In this document: positions 8,981 to 17,025 of the stretch, one piece after another
How positions within the stretch are numbered: the stretch's first letter is position 1
Layout: every line of letters begins with the position of its first letter
Source of the DNA: a virus
Lineage: Duplodnaviria > Heunggongvirae > Uroviricota > Caudoviricetes
DNA: 23,321 bases
Strand: one strand, 5' to 3'
IMG/VR virus record: IMGVR_UViG_3300028603_000027
Span: 64,001 to 87,321 of that record
Translations under genes and position numbers: made by a program
The notes under the pieces: model-generated
What the model was told of the DNA's origin: nothing
Database searches by the model: none
The model's input: the letters and a program-made list of their open reading frames with translations, nothing else

Positions 8981-9617
8981 ACTGTTTTAAACCATAATAC
9001 AAGTTCGTGGATTGGAGTTTGAAAACTTCTTCCTTGAGACGTATAACAATATCTTGACAAACTTGATTTTTGTACTCGGCTATTACCGAGTTAATCTGAG
9101 AAATTTTACTTTCTTTCCAGACTTGATGAGCTTCAATTTCAGTTTCATACAAACCTAGATATTGTCGTTTCTTTCCTAAACTTATCTCGGAAGCGTATTT
9201 TCCAGAAGCTTTATGAAAAGAAACTCCGATAGGTAAATCTTCTCTCTGAATACCGTTAGTATTGAATAGACAGTTTATGTCATAAGGTACAAAACGACAA
9301 GTTTCGGGACTATAAGCTTTCAAAGAAGGAAAAATAATATCCTTGTCTAAAGACCAGAATCGACCATTAGTTTCAACAGACATATAGCCTTTCTGTTGCT
9401 GACACCATTCAGCAAATTCTTGAAAACATGCAAACAAGTTTTGTGTGCCAATATACGAAGGATGTTTCTCTTGAAACTTTCCGTTAGGATTAGCTCTATA
9501 CACGATAGACTGCCAAAGTTTTCCGGCACGAGTAGAGTATTTAACTTTGTCGATTATTAAGGAGTTTATCCATTTGCGGTCTAAACTCATTAAATCATGT
9601 TTAATATATACATCCAT
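8976..9617 (-). CDS. Free-standing HNH-like homing endonuclease with C-terminal AP2-like DNA-binding domain
   Basis: Likely start is ATG 9617 (MDVYIKH, 213 aa), with AAGGAG 7 nt upstream, not GTG 9704. FQEFAEW, WSLDKDI and YSPETCRFVPYDIN are typical of a phage HNH-variant family; LPIGVSFHKASGKY and QYLGLYETEIEAH are AP2-like. Only real minus-strand gene in the window. Confidence 0.8.
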   Translation of the reverse strand: MDVYIKHDLMSLDRKWINSLIIDKVKYSTRAGKLWQSIVYRANPNGKFQEKHPSYIGTQNLFACFQEFAEWCQQQKGYMSVETNGRFWSLDKDIIFPSLKAYSPETCRFVPYDINCLFNTNGIQREDLPIGVSFHKASGKYASEISLGKKRQYLGLYETEIEAHQVWKESKISQINSVIAEYKNQVCQDIVIRLKEEVFKLQSTNLYYGLKQS

Positions 9618-9638
9618 TTTTAGACTCCTTAAAATTTC

Positions 9639-9667
9639 AATATACAACAAAATGAAAATGAAGTCAA
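9639..9667 (-). promoter_or_regulatory. Sigma70-type promoter for the homing endonuclease
   Basis: On the minus strand: TTGACT (9667-9662), 17-nt spacer, TATATT (9644-9639), just upstream of the AAGGAG RBS and ATG 9617. Confidence 0.72.
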
Positions 9668-9687
9668 GAAAGGGAAGAGGAGAATAG

Positions 9688-9701
9688 ATGGCTATTTTAG
9701 G
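9688..9701 (+). repeat. Right copy of the 14-bp direct repeat (actual start of the tube-like gene)
   Basis: ATGGCTATTTTAGG; see 8967-8980. Confidence 0.75.
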
Positions 9702-10182
9702 CACATACAGCCCCGAAGACGTTACGGTCTTGTTTGGAGGGGTTCATCAATTAAGTGGATTTATTGACGGAACATTTATTAGTATTTCTAAAGATGAACC
9801 TTCTTTCTCGACACGAGTTTCCGCTGATGGTGCTCCTACTAGGACGTTTTCTAGTAATCCCCTTTACACTGTGCAGCTAGTATTGCATAGCGGTTCTGAA
9901 AGCAATCAAGTGCTTTCTTACGCGCTGACAGTAGATGAAATAACAAAGATGGGAAAATTCCCATTGATTATAAAAGACCAACTTGGGAGCAGTTTGTTCT
10001 TCTCTTTAACAAGTTGGATTGAATCTAAACCGGATAGTGACTTCTCTGTCAGTATTGAAGAGAGGGAATGGACTATCAAATGTTCTCAAGTGACCTTCAA
10101 CGTAGGTGGAAATGATAGCCCTTCTTCTTTAGGAGAAGACGTTCTAAGAACGGGTTTGGGCCTTGCAGGTACATTCTTGTAA
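9688..10182 (+). CDS. Tail tube-like protein 2 (DUF3277-like; possible tube initiator)
   Basis: 164 aa; clear paralogue of 8367-8918 (LGTYSPEDV vs LGSYSPESV; SGFIDGTFI vs SGFVDGTFI; LVLHSGSESNQVL vs LTLHQSSETNDVL). Confidence 0.75.
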   Translation: MAILGTYSPEDVTVLFGGVHQLSGFIDGTFISISKDEPSFSTRVSADGAPTRTFSSNPLYTVQLVLHSGSESNQVLSYALTVDEITKMGKFPLIIKDQLGSSLFFSLTSWIESKPDSDFSVSIEEREWTIKCSQVTFNVGGNDSPSSLGEDVLRTGLGLAGTFL

Positions 10183-10191
10183 GGAGGAAAC

Positions 10192-10653
10192 ATGAGTCAA
10201 GACGTAAGAGAATATTCTCCTTCCGAAGTTGTTATGACTTTTGGAGGAGCAATAGTAGAAGGATGGGAAAGACTGTCTATAAGAAGAATGCACCCTAGTT
10301 TCCGAATCGTAGAAGGTATACGAGGAAAAAATACAAGAGTTCGTATAGGAAATTCAGCAGCAGAAATTGACATCACTCTTTCTCAGACAAGCCCAACAAA
10401 CCTTATCTTTTCACAGATTGTGACGCTAGATGAAGCTTATGGAACGGGAAGAATAGAAATCACCCTGAAAGATGTTCTCACAGGAGAAGTCTTTCAATCA
10501 ACAGAAGCCTTTTTGGAAAGACCAGCAGATAAAGAATTTGAAGCTGAGTCGTCAGAAAGAGTTTGGAAAATGTACTGTCTTTCTTCAGATATGACGATGG
10601 GTAGTGGAGGAAATTGGGGAAGTCTTGTAGACAGGATTACCTCACTGTTTTAA
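10192..10653 (+). CDS. Tail tube-like protein 3 (possible tube initiator)
   Basis: 153 aa; YSPSEV, ITLSQTSPTN, ITLKD and SERVW are alignable to the two preceding paralogues. Confidence 0.7.
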   Translation: MSQDVREYSPSEVVMTFGGAIVEGWERLSIRRMHPSFRIVEGIRGKNTRVRIGNSAAEIDITLSQTSPTNLIFSQIVTLDEAYGTGRIEITLKDVLTGEVFQSTEAFLERPADKEFEAESSERVWKMYCLSSDMTMGSGGNWGSLVDRITSLF

Positions 10654-10679
10654 AAATAATGTAATAGGAGAGTCACATT

Positions 10680-11006
10680 ATGAATTCTAAAGATCAAATT
10701 GAACACGTAGTTGGTGAAAATCGTTATCTTATTAACGCTTTGGATGCCTCTTTTGGCTTAGAAGCTATGAATAAGCTGGCTGACTTCGCTACGGCAGGTA
10801 CAAACCCTTCAGCCGCATTTATTAAAGGCGTGGTGTTGGCAAGTGTAACGTACAACAACAAAGCTGTTAACGAGAAGTGGTTTGATAAACATTTCTCTCG
10901 GAACTATAAAGAGTTGAATGAACTTTTTGCAAAGATTCTAGAGTTTAACTTCGGAGAAGTGGGGGCTGATGGCGTCCCAAACGGGCAAAGCGATACTTCA
11001 GAGTAA
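10680..11006 (+). CDS. Tail assembly chaperone (gpG-like)
   Basis: 108 aa; lies between the tube genes and tape measure; ends just after an in-phase slippery heptamer. Confidence 0.75.
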   Translation: MNSKDQIEHVVGENRYLINALDASFGLEAMNKLADFATAGTNPSAAFIKGVVLASVTYNNKAVNEKWFDKHFSRNYKELNELFAKILEFNFGEVGADGVPNGQSDTSE

Positions 11007-11278
11007 AAGAAGCTGAGGTATCGCCAGAAGGCGCTCCTGTCGCTCATACCCCTGAATATCGAAAGATGCTGCAACAGTTTTCAGGGGATTGGAGAGTGAT
11101 GAGAGTGGTAATGGCTTCTTCTTCTCCTATTGATACGCTTCATAGTTTTCGTACAGGCAAGTATTCGATTAAAACGTTTCTAGATATGTTAGAAATGATT
11201 GACGCCCAAATGACCATAAGAGAAGATGAGGCTCACAGAATGAAACAACAAGAAAAGCGAAATGGTAGGAGGAAATAA
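10680..11278 (+). CDS. Tail assembly chaperone -1 frameshift fusion (gpGT-like), about 199 aa
   Basis: After slipping at C CCA AAC (10976-10982) the -1 frame reads RAKRYFRVKEAEVSPEGAPVAHTPEYRK and runs in frame into ORF 11066-11278; that frame is closed by TGA at 10967-10969 just upstream. Confidence 0.78.
10961..11024 (+). other. Programmed -1 ribosomal frameshift signal
   Basis: SD-like GGGGG (10961-10965), heptamer CCCAAAC (10976-10982), 7-nt spacer, then hairpin GCGATACTTCAG (10990-11001) / CTGAGGTATCGC (11013-11024): 12 bp with one G-U pair and an 11-nt loop. Confidence 0.78.
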
Positions 11279-13768
11279 ATGACAGCTATTGCTTCCTATT
11301 ATGCTCAGGTGGGTGTGGGGATTGATAGAAATTCCCTCACTCAAGTTCAGACCTATTTAGACACTATCCAGAAGAAGATGGAAGCTTTCCAGAAGAAAGC
11401 TGTTGTTTCCAAAGATATCTCTCTTCGTATTAACAATTTTTCTGTTAATTCAAAAAATTTAAGGGCCGCGATAAACAACGCCGTTGGTGGTGCAAACATT
11501 CGTTTGAACAACGTTACGGTGGGTGCAGTAAAAGTTAATCGGGCCGAAATGAGGCGGTCAATTAGTTCTGCGTTCGGGTCGGCTAATGCCGCACAACTTG
11601 CAGGAGCTTCATTCACTTTACGAGGAGTGCAGGTACGAGATTTTCAAGTTTCTCGCTCTTCTCTCCTTCGTGCCATGAACGCAGCTTTACGGGCTACAAG
11701 TAATAGCCCTGCTTCTAGTATTCGTTTGTCAAATTTTTCTGTTTCTAAAAGAGCCTTAGTTGCCGCAATCAATAATGCTCTTAATGTAAGTGGCCGAACG
11801 ACAAGAATTAGAGTAGGAGCATTGTTTTCTCAAGCTTCCTTGACGGAAATGAGAAATCAAATTAGACAATCCATCAATCAGCTTGTTGTATCTCCAACTA
11901 TTAATCCTCGTATTAACCCCACTGTAAGACAGACACGAAGAACGCAAGGCGGGGCAGCGGGTGGAGATAGAGTCACCACTAGAAATCCTAGAAATCAAAA
12001 TCCTTGGCACAACCCTATGATGATAGGTGGCGGTGCGGGGGCTTTTCTTAGATATGGAATGTACTCCCTGCCATTTGTAGCCGGTGCCTACGGGTTAAAT
12101 GCCCTGACCAACCGTTCTACGGAATTGGAAGGTCAAGCTATCATGATGAGGGCAGCTATCCAAGATAGGGAAGAAGCTGCAAGACAAGAACAATATATAA
12201 ACCAGTTGGGTGATAGATTAGGTATTCGTACAGCATCACTCACCCCGTTCTATGCCCAAATGTATGCAGGTGCGAGAGGTACTAGCTTAGAACCCGCATT
12301 ACCGCAAGGTTTCAGTGACTTTATGGATTATGCTTCTGTTATGGGGCTGAATGAAGAGCAGCTTAAAGGTTCTATTCGGGCAATTTCCCAAATGGTTTCT
12401 AAAGGAAGAATCCAATCAGAAGAGCTTCGACAACAATTAGCTGAACAAGGCATGCCTGAAGCCATCACTATTATGGCCGAAGTTGCAGCAGGTGGGGATA
12501 GAGCCAAGCTAGATAAAATGATGGAAATGGGAGAACTTGATGCTATTAAGTATCTTCCAATGTTCTTTGAAGCCTTAGGTAAAAGAGCACAGCCATTCAT
12601 TGAAGATTTCTACCAGACAGTTGAATATCATAGAAGAAAAGCTGCAAAAAAGAATGAAGATTGGTTGAAGAGATTTATGGCAGCGGGGGCTACAGAAGGC
12701 TTAACTTCTATATTTGATGCTTTTACACAATCTGTAGAAGCTTCTATCCCAATGGCAGACTTACTAGGTGACGCTTTTAGACGCGCTGGACATCTAGTGG
12801 CGGCGGCGTTGCTAGTCCCAAAAGAAACTCTGGAATGGTTAACGGGCAAAGCACATGAAAATAACTTCATGAATGCTTTGTTTGGGGATGTTAACGCCAC
12901 AGACATTCCTTTAATCATATACGAAATTCAAAAGACCATTGACAGGTTGAAAGAAAGTGTTGACCAAGCAGGTTTTTCTTTCAAGCTTATCAGCCTAGAA
13001 TCAACCAAAAAAGAGTTTGAAGCCTTAGGAAAAGTTATGCTTCAAGTTTTGTATTACATGCAAGACTACGGGGCAGTGTACGCTAATTTGGCTACAGGCA
13101 ATTTAAAGGGAGCTTATGCTTCTCAATTAATAGGTGTTGACCGTCAAGAAGCAAGGAAACAAGCGGGCGAAGCCGCACAAAGAGAAGGCTTGTCTTTAGT
13201 CGAACAAAGACTTTTAGAAGACGATATTTTTGGTCAACTGCAATCTGCAAGAGGCGACTACTTTAACCTACCTATGTCAGACCTCATGACTATGGTTACA
13301 AAGGCAACCGTAGATAATTTTGCAGGTAGGTCAAATAGAAGCCGCATTGTTCAAGACATAGTGGACAACCCTCCTGGCTCTTCCTTCGATGTTCCGAAAG
13401 ATAGGGTAACTAGCGGCGCTGTTTCTTCCATCTTATCTAGCGATATTCTCTCTCAATCTGATCTAGGTGTTGGACAAATGCCGTCTCCTGACGAAGCAGC
13501 TTCAGGGGTAACTAGCGGTCTAGTGAAATGGATATTAAACAATCCTTGGTTTAGAGATGGTTGGGGGAATGTACCTGAGAACACTCCAATGGGAGAATCT
13601 TCTGCCTCTCAACATCGTTCAGTAGATATTAACATTAAGGGTACTGTCAGAGTGGAAGGTGAAGTAGAAAATCTCACACCTGATGTTGATCTTAGTGAAG
13701 CTATCAAGAGTGTTATCGAGGAAGAGATTGGACAGACAATCACTCAATATCCACAAGTCCCTAAATAG
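11279..13768 (+). CDS. Tape measure protein
   Basis: 829 aa; follows the chaperones; contains the tape-measure motif LKGSIRAISQMVSKGRIQSEELRQQLAE; Ala-rich and helical. Confidence 0.9.
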   Translation: MTAIASYYAQVGVGIDRNSLTQVQTYLDTIQKKMEAFQKKAVVSKDISLRINNFSVNSKNLRAAINNAVGGANIRLNNVTVGAVKVNRAEMRRSISSAFGSANAAQLAGASFTLRGVQVRDFQVSRSSLLRAMNAALRATSNSPASSIRLSNFSVSKRALVAAINNALNVSGRTTRIRVGALFSQASLTEMRNQIRQSINQLVVSPTINPRINPTVRQTRRTQGGAAGGDRVTTRNPRNQNPWHNPMMIGGGAGAFLRYGMYSLPFVAGAYGLNALTNRSTELEGQAIMMRAAIQDREEAARQEQYINQLGDRLGIRTASLTPFYAQMYAGARGTSLEPALPQGFSDFMDYASVMGLNEEQLKGSIRAISQMVSKGRIQSEELRQQLAEQGMPEAITIMAEVAAGGDRAKLDKMMEMGELDAIKYLPMFFEALGKRAQPFIEDFYQTVEYHRRKAAKKNEDWLKRFMAAGATEGLTSIFDAFTQSVEASIPMADLLGDAFRRAGHLVAAALLVPKETLEWLTGKAHENNFMNALFGDVNATDIPLIIYEIQKTIDRLKESVDQAGFSFKLISLESTKKEFEALGKVMLQVLYYMQDYGAVYANLATGNLKGAYASQLIGVDRQEARKQAGEAAQREGLSLVEQRLLEDDIFGQLQSARGDYFNLPMSDLMTMVTKATVDNFAGRSNRSRIVQDIVDNPPGSSFDVPKDRVTSGAVSSILSSDILSQSDLGVGQMPSPDEAASGVTSGLVKWILNNPWFRDGWGNVPENTPMGESSASQHRSVDINIKGTVRVEGEVENLTPDVDLSEAIKSVIEEEIGQTITQYPQVPK

Positions 13769-13777
13769 GAGTGCATT

Positions 13778-14563
13778 ATGGCTTTAGCAATTAAATTTGG
13801 AGACTTGACAGATACTACTTCTGTTTCAGGAGCTATCTACTTTGATGCTGTAACGGAATATAAGAAAAACTACAGTGGCAGGGTTACAGATCACCCTATA
13901 GAAGCAGGCGCGTCTGTCTCTGACCACTATATTTCAAATAACCCTAAGATTCAGATTGCAGGGGTTATTTCTAGTGTAGATTTTTCTAACATTCCATCGC
14001 AGCTAATACTAGATGGCGACCCTGTAATTAACAATAACGATCAACCTTCAGCGGTAAGTGTTGGAGGTTTGGGGGGAAAGCTTAGACAGTTTTTACCTGG
14101 GGTGGTTACACAATTTCTTCCTCAGGTAAATCCTTCTGTTTCAGTAGACCAATCAGAAAGAACAGACCATAAAGATACGATTGACCAACTCATGAAAGAA
14201 CTCATGAATGGTTTGTATTACGATACGCAAAAAGGGAAATGGGTGAATAGAATGACCCCCATCACTCTTTTTGATGTATTTGGAGGTTTTCCTTTTCCTG
14301 TGATGCAGGATTTAATCGTCGTTAAGTTTTCTTCAGAAGAGTCTGTAGAAAATGGAGATGCCCTTGTGTTTAATATGGAATTGGAACAAGTGAGGTTTGT
14401 ATCGTTAGAGAGTGCTGATGCTCCTAATCCACAAAACAATACTCCGACACAAAGAGCAACTACTCCCACTAAGGAGAAAGGGAATGTACCTTCAACTCCT
14501 TCTTCTACGAGTCAATCTCCCCGCCCTGACGTAATGAGCAATGTAGGCCGTGCAACTAATTAA
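13778..14563 (+). CDS. Baseplate hub / distal-tail (Dit-like) protein
   Basis: 261 aa after the TMP; VTDHPIEAGASVSDH motif typical of Dit-like N-terminal domains. Confidence 0.7.
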   Translation: MALAIKFGDLTDTTSVSGAIYFDAVTEYKKNYSGRVTDHPIEAGASVSDHYISNNPKIQIAGVISSVDFSNIPSQLILDGDPVINNNDQPSAVSVGGLGGKLRQFLPGVVTQFLPQVNPSVSVDQSERTDHKDTIDQLMKELMNGLYYDTQKGKWVNRMTPITLFDVFGGFPFPVMQDLIVVKFSSEESVENGDALVFNMELEQVRFVSLESADAPNPQNNTPTQRATTPTKEKGNVPSTPSSTSQSPRPDVMSNVGRATN

Positions 14564-14574
14564 AGGAGAATAGT

Positions 14575-14898
14575 GTGGAAGAAATGTATGTACCTATTCC
14601 TCTCTATCCTGACCCTGACTATAACTACTTTATTTCTTTGGAAAGAGTGGCTTATAAATTACGGTTCTATTACAACGAGAGGATGCAACAGTGGATTATG
14701 GATATTCGCTACGCTAACGGCGACCCGATTATTTTAGGGGAAGCGGTAGTGCCTGAATATCCAATCTTCTTTGATTATGCAACAGAGTTAGAAGGATTCT
14801 TCTGGCTGCATCCTATTGGTAAGAAACAAAACCATACAGTAGCCAATCCCTATCAATTGTCTGAGTATTATCAGTTATTCTATTTCTACGAGGGATAA
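14575..14898 (+). CDS. Small baseplate protein (plug-like)
   Basis: 107 aa; GTG start with AAGGAG; YKLRFYYNERMQQWIMDI pattern and synteny. Confidence 0.6.
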   Translation: MEEMYVPIPLYPDPDYNYFISLERVAYKLRFYYNERMQQWIMDIRYANGDPIILGEAVVPEYPIFFDYATELEGFFWLHPIGKKQNHTVANPYQLSEYYQLFYFYEG

Positions 14899-14899
14899 A

Positions 14900-15808
14900 A
14901 TGATACTGCAAAAGGATAGAGTATATTCTTTAGTGGTAGGGAATGAAGAAGGTGCAGTGGAAATTAAAAACCTTCAAATAAGATTCTCTGTTACAAAGAC
15001 AAGCAACAACAAAGACAAGAAGAATAAAGCACGTGTTGAAATCTTTAACCTTACAGAAGAAAGACGTAGAGCTTTAGAAGAAGATTATGTTCGTGTTTCT
15101 TTGAAGGTGGGGTATTACGATACAGAGTTAGTTGAGTTGTTTTCTGGCGAAGTAGTTGGTATCATTAATACTAAGAAAGACATTAAGGCTTTCTTCACCA
15201 GACGACAAAACACCGACCTTATCACACGCTTGGAAATAGACGAATTATTCTCAGACTTAAACAATACGACAGTGAGTAGTATTGTTCCCGCAGGTAAGAC
15301 GGTAAGAGATGTTATTCAGGCTATCGTAAAAGACATTCCTGCTGTTACCAGACAAGAAATGAACGGAGAGGCAGTGAAGAAGCAACTGCCCGATGGATAC
15401 CCATTATCGGGGAGTCCAAGACAAAACTTAGATAAGCTTTCTAAAGACTACAACTTGGAATGGCAGATTGATAGTGGCGTATTGTATGTGTCCGACATTG
15501 ATGGTACTTTTTCTGACAATAAAGAGAGTGTTCCTCTTATTGGGCAAATGTCGGGACTGATTGAACGGCCTGAGTTTCTTAGCCCTGACTCTAAGCGAAT
15601 GAGAAAAAAGGGAAGTAAAACTAAGGCAACTAAAAATACGTTAAAACTCAAGATTCTTTTGAATCCAACGATCATTGCAGGAAGTATCATTAAGTTGGAT
15701 TTTGAAGATTTAACAGGATATTACAAAGTAGATGAAGTGAGACACGATGGGGATTTAAGAGGTAACTCTTGGTATTCCACTCTCACCTGCACTGAGAAAA
15801 TAGATTAA
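14900..15808 (+). CDS. Baseplate hub protein (T4 gp27 / Mu gp44-like)
   Basis: 302 aa; ARVEIFNL, WQIDSGVLYV, LLNPTIIAG and GDLRGNSWY motifs; precedes the spike gene. Confidence 0.75.
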   Translation: MILQKDRVYSLVVGNEEGAVEIKNLQIRFSVTKTSNNKDKKNKARVEIFNLTEERRRALEEDYVRVSLKVGYYDTELVELFSGEVVGIINTKKDIKAFFTRRQNTDLITRLEIDELFSDLNNTTVSSIVPAGKTVRDVIQAIVKDIPAVTRQEMNGEAVKKQLPDGYPLSGSPRQNLDKLSKDYNLEWQIDSGVLYVSDIDGTFSDNKESVPLIGQMSGLIERPEFLSPDSKRMRKKGSKTKATKNTLKLKILLNPTIIAGSIIKLDFEDLTGYYKVDEVRHDGDLRGNSWYSTLTCTEKID

Positions 15809-15820
15809 AAGGAGAGAGAA

Positions 15821-16624
15821 GTGGCACAAATACCTTCATTACATGAAGTTTTAACGGCATCTAGCGATTACGCTCTTTCTAATGTCTATACGAATATTCC
15901 GGGCATTATCGTAGCAGTGAAGGATTTAGGCCAGTTGTGTGTTGATGTTCAGCCCACTATTAACGTCCGTACACAAGACGGAGAGGCAAGCACACAGCGG
16001 CCTCCTATTTTGAATGTTCCTTTGAAACAGCCCGTTAGTTTACAAGGTGGCCTCACTTATCCTGTCTCTGTTGGGCAACCAGTGTGGCTAGAATTTTCCA
16101 TGCGGGGGTTGGAAGTGTGGAAGAGAGGGGCGGGACACTCCGATGCCCCTATTGACATGCGTACATTTGACCCTAGGGATTGTATTGCAAGTCCAATTTA
16201 TCCTTTTCAAACGTCTCCTAACCAAGCAAGTAAAAGAACACATAGCCATAGTCCTAGTGATGTTGTGTTGGTTCATAACATTGGTAGTGGTAGTGAGGTA
16301 GAAATAAGGTTAAAGCCTAATGGAGATGTGATAATCAATTCTCCTACCAAAGTTACAGTGAACTGTCAAGATGCAGAAATTAATGCAGACAGTTCTACTT
16401 CGGTCAATACAAGCGACTTCTCGGTGAATGCAAGTAGTGTTTCGTTTAATAGTGGAAGTTTTGTTGTAGGTACTGGTACATATGCAATCTCTGCAACAGA
16501 TAGTGCCACGATGACTGCAAGCCTCTCTCAAAATGGGAGCTTTGTTCTTAATGGTATTGCAATGGAATCCCATAGGCATCCAGAGAATGACGGTGGTGGC
16601 CCAACTGACGGCCCAATCAATTAA
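15821..16624 (+). CDS. Baseplate central spike (gpV / Gp138-like)
   Basis: 267 aa; VDVQP and LTYPVSVGQPVWLEFSMR OB-fold region, Ser/Asn-rich beta-helix region, and C-terminal H-x-H (SHRH) iron-binding apex followed by TDGP. Confidence 0.85.
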   Translation: MAQIPSLHEVLTASSDYALSNVYTNIPGIIVAVKDLGQLCVDVQPTINVRTQDGEASTQRPPILNVPLKQPVSLQGGLTYPVSVGQPVWLEFSMRGLEVWKRGAGHSDAPIDMRTFDPRDCIASPIYPFQTSPNQASKRTHSHSPSDVVLVHNIGSGSEVEIRLKPNGDVIINSPTKVTVNCQDAEINADSSTSVNTSDFSVNASSVSFNSGSFVVGTGTYAISATDSATMTASLSQNGSFVLNGIAMESHRHPENDGGGPTDGPIN

Positions 16625-16634
16625 AGGAAAGAGT

Positions 16635-17003
16635 ATGGACTTGCTTATTCATAGAGATTATACGACAGGGACATACGATATGATCTTTGACAATGGGGCT
16701 TGCCCTACGACATCAGATTTAGTTGATGTTGTTACACAAAGATTATACATACGACTAAAAACTCTCTTTCAAGAATGGTTTTTAAACGTGGAATATGGCG
16801 TTCCCTACTTAGAAAGAATTTTAGGAAAAAAGATAAGAAAATCTACAGTGGACATAATCATTCAGGAACAGATTATGATGGAGAAAGGGGTTAAACAGAT
16901 CGTGTCTTTTCAGTCTACGTTTGATGGCCCTTCTCGTGTTTACTCTTGTAGGTTTACAGTAAAGGCAGAGGATGGAAACGTTTCGTCTGTCATTACTATT
17001 TAA
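16635..17003 (+). CDS. Baseplate wedge / sheath-initiator protein (gp25-like, DUF2634-like)
   Basis: Real start is ATG 16635 (MDLLIHRD, 122 aa) with AAAGGA RBS; QRLYIRLKTLFQEWFLNVEYGVPY motif. Confidence 0.78.
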   Translation: MDLLIHRDYTTGTYDMIFDNGACPTTSDLVDVVTQRLYIRLKTLFQEWFLNVEYGVPYLERILGKKIRKSTVDIIIQEQIMMEKGVKQIVSFQSTFDGPSRVYSCRFTVKAEDGNVSSVITI

Positions 17004-17025
17004 ACAATCTAAACGAGAGGGATAA

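Noticed and set aside
9669-9685. Similarity of the purine-rich leader of tube-like gene 2 to the left arms of the two terminators
   Set aside because: Low-complexity A/G sequence overlapping an SD; most likely chance.
8958-9701. Self-splicing group I intron carrying the endonuclease
   Set aside because: The ORF is antisense, fills almost the whole insert and has its own promoter. There is no room for a ribozyme core, and the downstream gene has a complete RBS and start, so splicing is unnecessary.
9618-9704. N-terminal extension of the endonuclease from GTG 9704
   Set aside because: It overlaps the start of the tube-like gene and spans the promoter; ATG 9617 has a well-spaced AAGGAG.
16533-16634. 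Longer N-terminus for the gp25-like gene
   Set aside because: It overlaps the spike gene's conserved C-terminus; the RBS supports ATG 16635.
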